Assembly: GCA_038245295.1 (NCBI GenBank) | Contig: JBBRSP010000006.1 | Span: forward strand, 96,001-160,000 | From: Candidatus Binatia bacterium | Lineage (GTDB): Bacteria > Desulfobacterota > Binatia > HRBIN30 | Length of the DNA: 64,000 nt | Direction: 5' to 3' | Shown: positions 50,363-60,620 of the stretch, piece by piece | Layout of the letters: every line of letters begins with the position of its first letter | Position numbering within the stretch: position 1 is the stretch's first letter | The notes under the pieces: generated by a model | What the model was told of the DNA's origin: nothing | Seen by the model: the letters and a program-made list of their open reading frames with translations, nothing else | The model's database searches: none | Program-made: the position numbers and the translations under genes

Positions 50363-51595
50363 ATGAAACAAAGCGCCATCGTCGCCGGAGTCGGCATGAC
50401 CCACTTCGGCAAACATCTGGAGCTCGGGCTCAAGGCCATTGGCGCCGAAGCCGTCCGCCTCGCGGTCGCCGATGCCGGCATCACCCTGGACGACATCGAG
50501 ATGGCCTACGTCGGCAATGCCGCGGCAGGTCTCGTCACCGGCCAGGAGTGTATTCGCGGCCAGGTCATCCTGCGCAGCCTCGGCCTCGGCAAGATTCCCG
50601 TCGTCAATGTCGAGAACGCCTGCGCCAGCGGCTCAACCGCCTTCCATCAAGCGGCGGCGATGATCACTGCCGGCGCCTGCGACGTGGCGCTCGCCCTCGG
50701 CGTCGAGAAACTCTACAGCGAAGATCGCCGCAAGAGCTTCGCCGCCTTCTCCGGCGCCGTCGACGTCGAGTTCATGCAGGCAATCATGGAAAGCTTGCAG
50801 AACAACGCCGGGGCCAGCGGCGCTAGCGCCGGCGCTTCGGGAGCCGGCGAGAAGCGCTCGATGTTCATGGACATCTATGCCGCCGTCGCGCGCTCGCACA
50901 TGCAACGTTACGGTACCACCGTCGAGCAGTTCGCCATGGTATCGGCGAAGAACTCCTTTCACGGCAGCATGAACCCGCGCGCCCAGTTCCGCGAGGCGCT
51001 CACCGTCGAACAGGTCTTGGCATCGCCCATGATCGCCGAGCCGCTGACGCGGCCGATGTGCTCGCCGATCGGCGACGGCGCCGCCGCCGTCATTCTGGTG
51101 AGTACCAAGAAGGCACGCGAGCTCGGCATCACCAAGCCCGTTCACGTCGTGTCGACCGTGCTCGTCTCCGGTTGGGATCACGCCCCCGACGACGATGGCG
51201 CCGGCGAAGTCAGCTCGCGACAAGCCTATGACGAAGCCGGCGTCGGTCCGGCCGACCTCAATGTCGTCGAGTTACACGATGCCTCCGCCCCCGGAGAGAT
51301 TCTGGCCTACGAGTATCTCGGCCTGTGCCCCAAGGGGGAAGGCGGCCGGCTGGTCCAGGACGGCGCTACCAAACTCGGCGGCCGCCAGCCGGTCAACACC
51401 TCCGGCGGCCTGCTGCGCAAGGGACATCCGGTCGGCGCCACCGGCGTCGCCCAGATCGTCGAACTCACCGAACAATTGCAGGGACGCTCCGGACCACGCC
51501 AGGTGCAAGGTGCGCGTGTCGGCCTGGCGCAAAATGGCGGCGGCAATATCGGCCTCGATGTCGCCGCCATGTGTGTTTCGGTTCTCCAGATCTGA
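50363..51595 (+). CDS. Thiolase family protein (SCP2/lipid-transfer type)
   Basis: NACASG, ELHDA, NTSGGLLRKGHPVGATG, QNGGG. Confidence 0.92.
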   Translation: MKQSAIVAGVGMTHFGKHLELGLKAIGAEAVRLAVADAGITLDDIEMAYVGNAAAGLVTGQECIRGQVILRSLGLGKIPVVNVENACASGSTAFHQAAAMITAGACDVALALGVEKLYSEDRRKSFAAFSGAVDVEFMQAIMESLQNNAGASGASAGASGAGEKRSMFMDIYAAVARSHMQRYGTTVEQFAMVSAKNSFHGSMNPRAQFREALTVEQVLASPMIAEPLTRPMCSPIGDGAAAVILVSTKKARELGITKPVHVVSTVLVSGWDHAPDDDGAGEVSSRQAYDEAGVGPADLNVVELHDASAPGEILAYEYLGLCPKGEGGRLVQDGATKLGGRQPVNTSGGLLRKGHPVGATGVAQIVELTEQLQGRSGPRQVQGARVGLAQNGGGNIGLDVAAMCVSVLQI

Positions 51596-51608
51596 CGAGG
51601 AGACAAAC

Positions 51609-53228
51609 ATGCGCGAGCCGAACCCGATGATTCTCGCCGACCTCATCCGCGCCAAGGCGGCCAGCCGAGCGGATTTTGCGATCCTGACCTTCGAGCACCT
51701 GAGTCTCGACAACGAAGCGACGCCGGATGAACTGCGCACCTACGCCGATCTGTCGCGCAACGCCGACCGCATCGCCGCGGCCCTCGTTGCGTTCGGCATG
51801 CGGCGTGGCGATCGCTTCGGCCTGATGATGCGCAATCACCCCGAATACGTCGAGACAATGATCGCCGCATCGATCACCGGCTGTGTCATGGTGCCGATCG
51901 ATCCGCGCACACGCGGCGACAAACTCGCCTTCCTGCTGCGCAACGCCGGCTGCCGCGGCATCGTCTGCGCCGACTATTGCCTCGACTACGTCGCCGCGGT
52001 GCGCTCGCAATGCCCGAGTCTCCAATGGACACTGGCTCTCGAGACCGGCGAAGGCGTTCCGGCAACAACCGTCGCGAACACGCCGCAGACAAATTCGTTG
52101 CGGTTGGTCCTGGCACAGCCGGCCGCGCCGATGGAAGTCCGCCTCGAGTCCGGTAGCGACCCACTGCAGATCGTCTACACCTCCGGCACCACCGGCGACC
52201 CCAAAGGCGTCGTCTTTCCGAACGAACGTTTCGGCGCCATGGCGATGCTCGGTATTCTGGCCGGCTACCAGGCCGGTGATCGCCCCTACACAGGGCTGTC
52301 GCTGACGCACGGCAACGCCCAGGCCGTCACGTTGGCACCGTCTCTAATGATGGAGCTGGGTGCCGTGTTCAGCCGCAAGTTCACCAAGTCGCGACTGTGG
52401 GACGTCTGTCGCCGCCACGGCTGCACCGTCTTTTCCCTGCTCGGCGGCATGGCGACGGCGATTTACAGCGAGCCACCGCGTCCGAACGACGCCGACAATC
52501 CGGTACGCTTCGTCACCAGCGCCGGCATGCCGGCCGGAATCTGGGAAGCCTTCGAGAAGCGTTTCGACGTGCGCGTTCTCGAATGGTACGCTGCCGTCGA
52601 AGGTGGCATGGCGATCCGACCGATCGGCGAAGGGCCAATCGGATCGTTCGGCAAACCACCGCCTGGCATGGAGATGAAGATCCTCGACGAAAACGACCAC
52701 GAGTGTGCGCCCGGCGTCATGGGCGAGATCTGCTCGCGCCCGCTCGGCGCCAAGGCGAGCGTCGAGTATTACCAGAACGAACATGCCTCGGCGGAGAAGA
52801 CCCGCGGTGGCTGGCTACGCAGCGGCGACATCGGCCATACCGACGAGAACGGCTGGCTGTTTTTCGATTTCCGCAAAGGCGGCGGCATCCGGCGCAACGG
52901 CGATTTCATCAATCCCGGCTTCGTCGAGAAGGCGATCGCCGAACATCCATCGGTGAGTGATGTGTTTGTCTACGGCGTGCCGGGCACGTCAGGCGCACCA
53001 GGAGAGAAAGATGTCGTTGCTGCGGTAGTCCCGGTGGATCGCGCCAGATTCGATGCGGCCGCGCTGCTGGCGTTTTGCCGGCAATCCCTCGAGCCCAACT
53101 TCGTGCCGGCGTATATCCAGGTCGTCGACGAGATCCCCAAGACCGCCTCGGAGAAACCACAGGAACGTTTCCTCTCGCAAGCGTTCGCACCCGACGCCGA
53201 CGGCGTCTTCAAGGATCGTGCGGCATGA
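51609..53228 (+). CDS. AMP-binding acyl-CoA ligase (CaiC-like)
   Basis: YTSGTTGDPKG, WYAAVEG, SGDIG, PKTASEK; ATG 51609 after GAGGAG. Confidence 0.9.
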   Translation: MREPNPMILADLIRAKAASRADFAILTFEHLSLDNEATPDELRTYADLSRNADRIAAALVAFGMRRGDRFGLMMRNHPEYVETMIAASITGCVMVPIDPRTRGDKLAFLLRNAGCRGIVCADYCLDYVAAVRSQCPSLQWTLALETGEGVPATTVANTPQTNSLRLVLAQPAAPMEVRLESGSDPLQIVYTSGTTGDPKGVVFPNERFGAMAMLGILAGYQAGDRPYTGLSLTHGNAQAVTLAPSLMMELGAVFSRKFTKSRLWDVCRRHGCTVFSLLGGMATAIYSEPPRPNDADNPVRFVTSAGMPAGIWEAFEKRFDVRVLEWYAAVEGGMAIRPIGEGPIGSFGKPPPGMEMKILDENDHECAPGVMGEICSRPLGAKASVEYYQNEHASAEKTRGGWLRSGDIGHTDENGWLFFDFRKGGGIRRNGDFINPGFVEKAIAEHPSVSDVFVYGVPGTSGAPGEKDVVAAVVPVDRARFDAAALLAFCRQSLEPNFVPAYIQVVDEIPKTASEKPQERFLSQAFAPDADGVFKDRAA

Positions 53229-53971
53229 AAGCAAAACGCGGCGGATCGGCATCGACGAAGCAGAGTCAACGAGCGCCGCGCCAGGTTCGGCCTCGGCAAG
53301 CCATCGAGTCCGCGCCGCGCCCCAAGCTCTCTATTGAGGGCGACAAACCACCCACCGAGTTGCCCAAACGTGAAAGCAACGCCCTACGCAATCGCGCCGC
53401 CATCTTGTCGGCGGCACGGGCCGTGTTCGGCGAGCTCGGCTTCGGCGCGGCGACGATCCGCGACATCATTCGGCGCACGCATTTGGCGTCGGGCACCTTC
53501 TACAATTACTTCCCCGACAAAGAGTCGGTCCTGCGCGCCATCCTCGAAGATTTCACGGAGCGCGTGCGGGCCCGCGTGCACGAGACACGTATGGAAGCGC
53601 GCACCATCGAGGAGCTGCTGCGCACCTCGTTCCTCACGTGTTTCCAGCTCTACGCCGAGGAGCAGACGCTCCTTGAGATGATGGCGCGCAACGCCGGCGA
53701 GCTGACCTTGCTTGGATCGGCAGGCATCCTCGAGCCGGCGGTGGAAGAATTGGTCGCCGACCTGCGCACCAAACAGAAGGAAGGCGTCATCCCGTCGATC
53801 GATCATGAACGTCTGGCGCGCGCCGCCGTGGCGCTGACCGCCGAGCTTGGACTCCACATGCTCGACCGCAAACCGTTCGACGTCGAAGGAACCACCGAGT
53901 TCGCAACCCAGCTCATGCTCGGCGGCATCGAGCGACTCGTCGGCAAATCACTGGGCGACGACGATGCTTGA
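53225..53971 (+). CDS. TetR/AcrR family transcriptional regulator
   Basis: ILSAARAVFGELGFGAATIRDIIRRTHLASGTFYNYFPDKE HTH; ATGA overlap with the ligase gene. Confidence 0.92.
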   Translation: MKAKRGGSASTKQSQRAPRQVRPRQAIESAPRPKLSIEGDKPPTELPKRESNALRNRAAILSAARAVFGELGFGAATIRDIIRRTHLASGTFYNYFPDKESVLRAILEDFTERVRARVHETRMEARTIEELLRTSFLTCFQLYAEEQTLLEMMARNAGELTLLGSAGILEPAVEELVADLRTKQKEGVIPSIDHERLARAAVALTAELGLHMLDRKPFDVEGTTEFATQLMLGGIERLVGKSLGDDDA

Positions 53972-55004
53972 TATCCTTGCCAGCAACCACACATTCTCTG
54001 AGCCGCGCCGCGCGCCGATCCTGGAAGTCTCGACGCCGTTGATCACGGTGATCAGCGGCGGCCTCGGCGGCGCGCGTCTGGCGCTGATTCTGCAAGCCGC
54101 CGGCGTCGAGCGCGACTGCTGCTTCATCACCAACGTCGCCGACGACTGTGAAGCCGATGGCTTACTCGTCTGCCCCGATACCGATGCCGTGCTCTACGCC
54201 CTCGGCGGCATCTTCGATGAAGAACGCGGCTGGGGCATTCGCGGCGACGTCTTCCCGGCGTGCGACGCGGCGACGAACGGTTGGTTCCATGTTGGCGAGA
54301 GAGATCATGCTCACCATCGCGAGCGCGACCGCTTGCTCCTCCAGGGGCTGTCCCTCACCAGCTCCACGGCGCGCCTGGCCACTCGTCTTGGAATCACGGC
54401 GCAAGTGTTACCGGCGACCGACGACCGACTGCGCACCCATGTGCGCACGCCCCAGGGAGTGTTGGCCTGGCAAGAGTGGTTGGTGCGCGAGCACGCCGCG
54501 CCGCCGGTTGTAGCCGTCAAGTATTGCGGCGCCGCCGACGCTAGCCCTGGCCCTGGAGTGATTGCCGCCATCCGCGACGCGGCGCTGCTCATCATCGCCG
54601 CGTCCAGCCCGGTGGCATCAATCGAACCGACACTTGCCCTGCCGGGAGTGCTCTCCGCGATTCGCGCCCGTCACCGGCCAACCGTGGCGCTGAGCCCGGT
54701 GGTACGTCGCCGACCACCAACCATCGAACGCGACACGCGCCGCACCGCCGCACGGGCCGCCCTGCTGGCCAGTGCCGGTATCGAACACGATCCGGTCGCC
54801 GTCGCCCGCCACTACGCGGGCCTCATCGACGCCTACGTTCTCGATGAAGCCGACCAGGCCGACAGCGATGCGGTGTCCCAGCTCGGCATCAGACCGTTGA
54901 TCGCCCCGACAATTGACCTGCGCGATGGCCCCCGCCTCGCCGCGACACTACTCGCCCTACTGCCGCCCGCGTCGGAGGTAAGCGTCTGGCAAGGCGTAGG
55001 ATGA
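53964..55004 (+). CDS. cofD: 2-phospho-L-lactate/phosphoenolpyruvate transferase CofD/FbiA-like (F420 biosynthesis), divergent
   Basis: SGGLGG, TNVADD, CPDTDAVLY, GWG, VGERD, PATDD, WQEW, ALSPVV. Confidence 0.75.
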   Translation: MLDILASNHTFSEPRRAPILEVSTPLITVISGGLGGARLALILQAAGVERDCCFITNVADDCEADGLLVCPDTDAVLYALGGIFDEERGWGIRGDVFPACDAATNGWFHVGERDHAHHRERDRLLLQGLSLTSSTARLATRLGITAQVLPATDDRLRTHVRTPQGVLAWQEWLVREHAAPPVVAVKYCGAADASPGPGVIAAIRDAALLIIAASSPVASIEPTLALPGVLSAIRARHRPTVALSPVVRRRPPTIERDTRRTAARAALLASAGIEHDPVAVARHYAGLIDAYVLDEADQADSDAVSQLGIRPLIAPTIDLRDGPRLAATLLALLPPASEVSVWQGVG

Positions 55005-55068
55005 GGGACCTTGGTCAATCAAATCCAGCATCCGCAGGCCCCGCAGGCTGATTTAGCTGGAGCGCTGC

Positions 55069-55902
55069 TCAGCAGCGGCGCGACCGCCGCAGCCCCACCA
55101 GCAGCAACGCCGCCCCAAGCACACCACTACCGACAAACGACAGGGCCGGGGCATGCTGCGCCGGGAACAACTGGAAGGCAAGATCGGCAACGTCATCGGC
55201 GTCGTCGCCGGGATCGATCACCTGCGTATCGAACGTCGTCGGATCGATGCGCACGATCTGGCGGCCATCACACTCCGTGGCAAACAGCGTCCCGTCGCTC
55301 GGCCGCACCGCCAAGCCATCCAAACAAGGAGCTGTGATGGCGACGGAATCGATCGTCGCACCGGTAAAGGGATCAATCGTCCAGAGCGTACTGCCATCGT
55401 TCTCGACTAGATAGAATGTACCGTCTGGTGCGAAGGCGATGCCACCTTTGCCTTGCCCAGGATCGCCAACCAGCGTCGCCACCGCCGTTTGCTTGTTGAT
55501 CGTGTAAATCACACCGCTGCTCGTGATGCCGAACAGGGCATTCGTCGATGGCTGGATCGCCAGGTCGACAATCCGAATGTCGCCAGGCGTGGTAACTTGA
55601 ATGACGCCCACATCCTGAAGCAACGTGCCGGTCGTCGGGCTGATCTCAATCAGACGGGTTCCGACGGTTAGGGAGACACTGCCCCACAATCGCCCATCGG
55701 TTCCGAAGGCGATGCCGCTCAAACCCTGGCCGTTGACCGCGGTCGGGTCGCCGAGCACCGTCAGAACACCGGTGGTCTGGTCGACAATACCAAACTGACC
55801 GCTCTGCTGGCCGCTGCCGCCGCCATACATATTCACAGCCAGCACCGGCACTGCCGTCATCGCCAGCACCGTCATCGTCAACCACGTCGTCCGCAGTCGC
55901 AT
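55069..55902 (-). CDS. Secreted beta-propeller protein with IPTL-CTERM-like sorting signal
   Basis: Signal peptide; repeated (G/D)(I/L)A(F/V)xPxxGxL blades; C-terminal APALS plus TM plus RRSRR. Confidence 0.7.
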   Translation of the reverse strand: MRLRTTWLTMTVLAMTAVPVLAVNMYGGGSGQQSGQFGIVDQTTGVLTVLGDPTAVNGQGLSGIAFGTDGRLWGSVSLTVGTRLIEISPTTGTLLQDVGVIQVTTPGDIRIVDLAIQPSTNALFGITSSGVIYTINKQTAVATLVGDPGQGKGGIAFAPDGTFYLVENDGSTLWTIDPFTGATIDSVAITAPCLDGLAVRPSDGTLFATECDGRQIVRIDPTTFDTQVIDPGDDADDVADLAFQLFPAQHAPALSFVGSGVLGAALLLVGLRRSRRC

Positions 55903-56139
55903 AGACCCTCCCCGACCCTGAGCCTGTCTCGTCCGAATGCCCCCGAGGGACTGCAGGCTTCTACCAGCTCGCAAAACCACATGCGAGCGCAAAGGCGTCG
56001 GATCGCTACGCCCAACCCCCGACCCACCACCCCCGACCACCCCGATTGAAAGTCCGCCGTGTCAAAACTCCGCCGTTGACTCACGCCACATTTGGGTACG
56101 TATTCAGAGCTGCGCATTCGCCCGTGAAGGAGTCTGACC

Positions 56140-57240
56140 ATGTCTAGCCTGCGCCACGTCCTTTCAATGTCGTTGATTGCTGCCGCGTTTATCTTCGCGG
56201 CGCGGCCGGCGCAGGCGCACTTCATCCTGGTAACTCCCGACTCCTGGATGTCGCAAAACGGCTTTGGACTACCCGAGAAGCTCGGACCATGTGGCGACGA
56301 AGGCGGCGGAACAGCAACCGGCCTGGTCACTCCGTATCATCCCGGCGACACCGTGACGGTGACGATCAACGAGGTCATCCCGCATCCGGGCCACTATCGT
56401 GTCGCGTTATCCACCAACGACCGCAGTGAGCTACCCGGCGAGCCGCAGGTGACTCCAAGCGGCGGTGATCCGTGCGCCAGCGCCGTGATCCAGGATCCCC
56501 CCGTCTTTCCCATCCTCGCCGACAACCTGCTGCCACACTCGCAAGCGTTCTCGTCGCCGCAAACGTTTACCGTCACCTTGCCCACCAATATCACGTGCAC
56601 CCACTGCACTCTGCAGGTGCTCGAGTTCATGTCGAGTCATGGCGCGCCGTGTTTCTATCATCACTGTGCGGACATCTCGATTCAGGGAGAGCCGGTGGCA
56701 ACGCCGACCATCACGCCAACGGCAGCCCCGACCGCTACTGCCCCACCGGCCGCAGACTGCGGTGCCGTCACCGCGCCCAAGCTGAGCATCGGCAAGTTGA
56801 ACACGCCGCCCGGCGACGAGACGCTCCACGTTCAGGGAGCACTGAACCTGCCCTTCCCATTCAATCCGCCGCTCGATCCGCTCACCAACGGTGTCCGCCT
56901 GCTCGTCGACGACGCGGCAGGCTCGGTCCTCGATGTGACAATTCCTGGCGGCCCGGGTTGGACCCTGAAGCACAGCGGCACGCGCTGGGCCTATCGCAGC
57001 AAGAGTGCGACGCCGCCGGGCGGCATCTCGATGATCGTCATCCGCGACCGGTCGAACACGACACCGGGCATGGTGACGTTCGCCGTGCGCGGCAAGGCCG
57101 CTTCCGCAGCTGTCGCGGCTAGCGATCTACCGGCAACGGCCCGGCTCATCCTGACGCCGCCGCCGGGTCAACAGTGCGGCCAGGCAATGTTCGCAACCTG
57201 CGGCTTCAACGCGGCGGGCAGCCGACTCATGTGCAAGTGA
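56140..57240 (+). CDS. Secreted copper histidine-brace LPMO-like protein (SCE4755-like) with C-terminal accessory domain
   Basis: Signal ends AQA so the mature protein starts with His; GPCG, PHPGHYR, CTHCTLQV, YHHCAD; Pro/Thr linker. Confidence 0.75.
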   Translation: MSSLRHVLSMSLIAAAFIFAARPAQAHFILVTPDSWMSQNGFGLPEKLGPCGDEGGGTATGLVTPYHPGDTVTVTINEVIPHPGHYRVALSTNDRSELPGEPQVTPSGGDPCASAVIQDPPVFPILADNLLPHSQAFSSPQTFTVTLPTNITCTHCTLQVLEFMSSHGAPCFYHHCADISIQGEPVATPTITPTAAPTATAPPAADCGAVTAPKLSIGKLNTPPGDETLHVQGALNLPFPFNPPLDPLTNGVRLLVDDAAGSVLDVTIPGGPGWTLKHSGTRWAYRSKSATPPGGISMIVIRDRSNTTPGMVTFAVRGKAASAAVAASDLPATARLILTPPPGQQCGQAMFATCGFNAAGSRLMCK

Positions 57241-57343
57241 GGCGGCTTGGCCCTGTGGCGCGGCTCGCTTAGGTAGGATCGAGACCGCTCGAGGATAGAC
57301 TGGCGGGGCAACCCGGGGGGCGACCAACACCAACGTGTCTCGC

Positions 57344-58630
57344 ATGGATATCGCCATCATCGGTGGGGGAGCGGCCGGAATGGTAACGGCCTGGCTCCTA
57401 GACGCCGCACACGACGTGACGGTCCTCGAGCGCGAGGCCGTACTCGGTGGCCACGTTCGTACTCTCGGCGGTAACGTGCACGCTCCGCACATTCCTGCCG
57501 GCGTGCGCCTCGACGCCGGTGTCATCGAGTTCGATCGGCGGCACTTCCCACGCTTCCATGCGCTCATGGGCGAGCTCGGTGTCGCGATGGCCGAGGTGCC
57601 GGCCACCTCGGGACTATTTCTCGCCGACGGGTCGGCCTGGCACGCGCCGGAGCGGCTCAAACGCGAGTACCGTGGCCGCTTGCGGCGCGGCCTCGAAATC
57701 ACACGGCACCTGCCGCTCGCCGTAGCCCGGCGGCGCTTCCTGGCGCGAGTGGCTGATGTTCCGGCGTCCGTGCTCATCGAGCGCTCAGTCGACGATTTTC
57801 TCGACGATGACGTCTTCGGGACCTGGCTCAAGATGTTGCTGCTGTATGCGTACTCGATTCCCTACGAGCACGTCGGACGCATCGGGGCGGCGCTCGCCAT
57901 CCCGATGCTGCGCCGTTTCGTTCATACCAGCGAGTGGACGCGCGTTGTCGGCGGTGTCTGGACCTACTTCGAGCGGATCTGCGCCAGCCTGCGTGGTCGG
58001 GTCCGCACTGGCGTCGCGGTTCAACGCGTCACGCGCAGCGCGGACGGCGTCGAACTGACCGTTGCCGGCGAGGGGCCTCGACCGTACGGAGCCGTCGTGT
58101 TTGCGACCACCCCCGAACAAGTACTGGCACTGCTCGGCGATGCGACCGAAGACGAGCGACGACGCTTCTCGGCGTGGCGTCCCAACCATGTACGCACGCT
58201 CACCCATACCGACACGGGAATCTACACCCGACGGAAGATCGCGTACCGCTCAGAATTCGATCTCTTCGTGACCACGAGCGGCGCGCACGGCTACAACGCC
58301 TATCTCAATCGTCTGTGCGGCCTCGCCGAGGACGTCCCACCGCACTACAGTCTGGCCTTGGGTATCGATGACGAGATCGCCCCCCGCCAGATCGTTCACG
58401 AGCAAGCCCACAGCACGCCGGGATACAGTCGCGAAGCCCTCCACCCGCGCGCCGAAGTGATCGCCGCCAACGGCGAGCGGCGGACGTGGTTTGCCGGCGC
58501 CTGGCTCGACGACGGCCTGCATGAAGGTGCGGTCGTCTCCGCCGAACGCGTCGCCTTGGGGCTCGGAGGTCGTGCGATTGGCTCGGGGCTCAGCTGCGCT
58601 CCGGATCCTGAGGTACCGAGTCTCCGCTGA
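57344..58630 (+). CDS. FAD-dependent oxidoreductase (COG2907-like amine oxidase fold)
   Basis: IAIIGGGAAG, LGGHVRT, DAGVIEF, FAGAWLDDGLHEGAV. Confidence 0.8.
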   Translation: MDIAIIGGGAAGMVTAWLLDAAHDVTVLEREAVLGGHVRTLGGNVHAPHIPAGVRLDAGVIEFDRRHFPRFHALMGELGVAMAEVPATSGLFLADGSAWHAPERLKREYRGRLRRGLEITRHLPLAVARRRFLARVADVPASVLIERSVDDFLDDDVFGTWLKMLLLYAYSIPYEHVGRIGAALAIPMLRRFVHTSEWTRVVGGVWTYFERICASLRGRVRTGVAVQRVTRSADGVELTVAGEGPRPYGAVVFATTPEQVLALLGDATEDERRRFSAWRPNHVRTLTHTDTGIYTRRKIAYRSEFDLFVTTSGAHGYNAYLNRLCGLAEDVPPHYSLALGIDDEIAPRQIVHEQAHSTPGYSREALHPRAEVIAANGERRTWFAGAWLDDGLHEGAVVSAERVALGLGGRAIGSGLSCAPDPEVPSLR

Positions 58631-60173
58631 GGTGTTCGTAGAGTCGGCATCCGGTCCAGATCGTACCGGCGAAACCGGCGAAGCCGGACGACGCATTGCA
58701 GAAGTGGAACCCGGCTAGCGAGCTGCGATGGTCGAGGCGTCCAGGTCCGATGTTCGCCGGTGTCATCGCCGAGCCGTAGGAATTGCCGGCCGGGCTCAAG
58801 CAGTAGCGTTCGTTGGTGGTCGGACTGCCGGTCATCTTGAAGCAGAGGTGTTGGCGGAGGTTCGGGACGTAGCGGCGCTCCAAGACGTCGAGCATGGCGT
58901 CGAACACTTCTTGCTTCTTCTGCCTATAGGAGCTGGCATTGGCGATCTTCAGGTGGTGGAAGCGGTCGTAACCCGCGACCGTCAGGAGCTCGAGGATCTG
59001 CGTGCCGGCCGGGCAATCGCTGCCGTCGGCCGTCAGCAGCGACGGCACCGTCACCGCGAAGCTTGGCCGCGAGTAGTCGCCACGGTCGTGCATGGCCCGG
59101 AAGGCCTCGTTGAGATCTGGGTGCTCGGTATGGAACAGGTTGGATCGCCCGAAGCCGTAGTCGCGCAGATCAATACCCTCGACGGCGCAGTAAGCCATGA
59201 AGTTGGACGCCGAATACTCGTAGGAGAGCCGGCGCCGCAGCGTCGCCGAGAAGCGATCGAGGCCGATCATTTCGGCAGCGCGTCGTGGGTCCATGTTGCA
59301 GATCGTGTCAGGGGCGCGATGTTCCTCGAAACGCCCGGTCGATTCCCCGCTCTCGAGCACCTCCTCGGTACGCGCGCCGAGCACCCGTCGGTCCCGCTCC
59401 AAGAACGCCGTGACGCGGGCGCCGAGCCGCACCTCCCCACCCGCGTTCTGGATGACCCGGACGAGCGAGTCGATGACATGCTCGAAATGATGCCTCGGGT
59501 AGTAGGCGCCGCGGACGTACCCGGCGAACAGCATGACCCACGCGAAGAAGGACAGCTCCGCCGGCGGCAGCATGAAATCGGGCCATTGGAGGGCCAGTAG
59601 AGTCTGCGCTTCTGGCGGCAGCGCGAAGCGTTCGAAGACGTTCTGCAACGTCGCGTGACGGTAACGCATGAGGCGGCGGAGTCGTGGCAGCCGCGCCAGC
59701 AGCGTGATCGCGCCGCCGCGATGGGGAAGCGCGTCGAGCTCCTGCTCGGTGAGCCGTATCTCTTCGACGAAATCGGCCAGGCGTCCGGCGGCATGGGGGA
59801 AGAGGTCGCCCAGTCGGCGCGCCAGCTCCGGATAGCTGCCGGGTACGTCAAGGGACCAGCCTGGCATCCGCATGCGATCGAAGCCGTTGCGGTCGTACTC
59901 CTCGAAGGTCACGTCACGCTCGAGGCCGAGCTTGCGGAGGAAGTTGTGAACGGTGCGTCCGGGGCCGCAATTCCACACATAGTGAAACTGCGCATTGAAG
60001 CGGTACTGCCTGCCGGCGTTGCCGAACGCGAAGGTGTGCCCGTAGCCGCCGGCTTGATGATGGGCCTCGATCACGCGCACGCGTCGGCCCGCTTGGGCCA
60101 TCAGCGCGCCGCAGGCAAGGCCAGCAAGCCCGCTGCCGACAACCAGGAAATCAGGCGTGTCGTGACTCGACAT
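58590..60173 (-). CDS. Phytoene desaturase/retinol saturase-like FAD oxidoreductase
   Basis: VVGSGLAGL, EAHHQAGGY, GSPTTNERY, GNSYG. Confidence 0.8.
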   Translation of the reverse strand: MSSHDTPDFLVVGSGLAGLACGALMAQAGRRVRVIEAHHQAGGYGHTFAFGNAGRQYRFNAQFHYVWNCGPGRTVHNFLRKLGLERDVTFEEYDRNGFDRMRMPGWSLDVPGSYPELARRLGDLFPHAAGRLADFVEEIRLTEQELDALPHRGGAITLLARLPRLRRLMRYRHATLQNVFERFALPPEAQTLLALQWPDFMLPPAELSFFAWVMLFAGYVRGAYYPRHHFEHVIDSLVRVIQNAGGEVRLGARVTAFLERDRRVLGARTEEVLESGESTGRFEEHRAPDTICNMDPRRAAEMIGLDRFSATLRRRLSYEYSASNFMAYCAVEGIDLRDYGFGRSNLFHTEHPDLNEAFRAMHDRGDYSRPSFAVTVPSLLTADGSDCPAGTQILELLTVAGYDRFHHLKIANASSYRQKKQEVFDAMLDVLERRYVPNLRQHLCFKMTGSPTTNERYCLSPAGNSYGSAMTPANIGPGRLDHRSSLAGFHFCNASSGFAGFAGTIWTGCRLYEHLSGDSVPQDPERS

Positions 60174-60620
60174 CTTTATGAACCCGCGAGTCCTGCCGCG
60201 CCGGCATCGGTCGTAACGAACGCCACGCGCATGACCCGGCGCCAGGGCAGCGGGGGTGGGAGGGGTAGTGCGGTAGGTTTGGATTCATGATGTTGGCATA
60301 AGAGCCCGATTTCTTCGTAAGGCGCATAACCTGAACGTATCAGACGATCTTGCAAAGCTCGAATGATCGGCGGTCGACGCGTATACGAGTTGGATAAAGT
60401 CTCCGTCAATCGCTTCTCGGCGGCGTGGCGGCTCAGCGAGCCCGTGGCCGCCGCTGGCCCGCGTCCCCCCCCCCCGCATTGACTGCCCGGTCGGCAAGAG
60501 TGTACCGCCGTCCCCTGAACGGACGTGGAGGTCCGAGCCGGTGGCGAACCACTTGGTCCAACCGGTCGATTCGATATCGGTACACAGCGCCGCGGTGTCG
60601 GCGCCGAACAAGGAGGCACG

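Noticed and set aside
55967..55990. Sigma54-like TCGCATGTGGTTTTGC upstream of the IPTL-CTERM-like gene
   Set aside because: Lacks the invariant GG at -24
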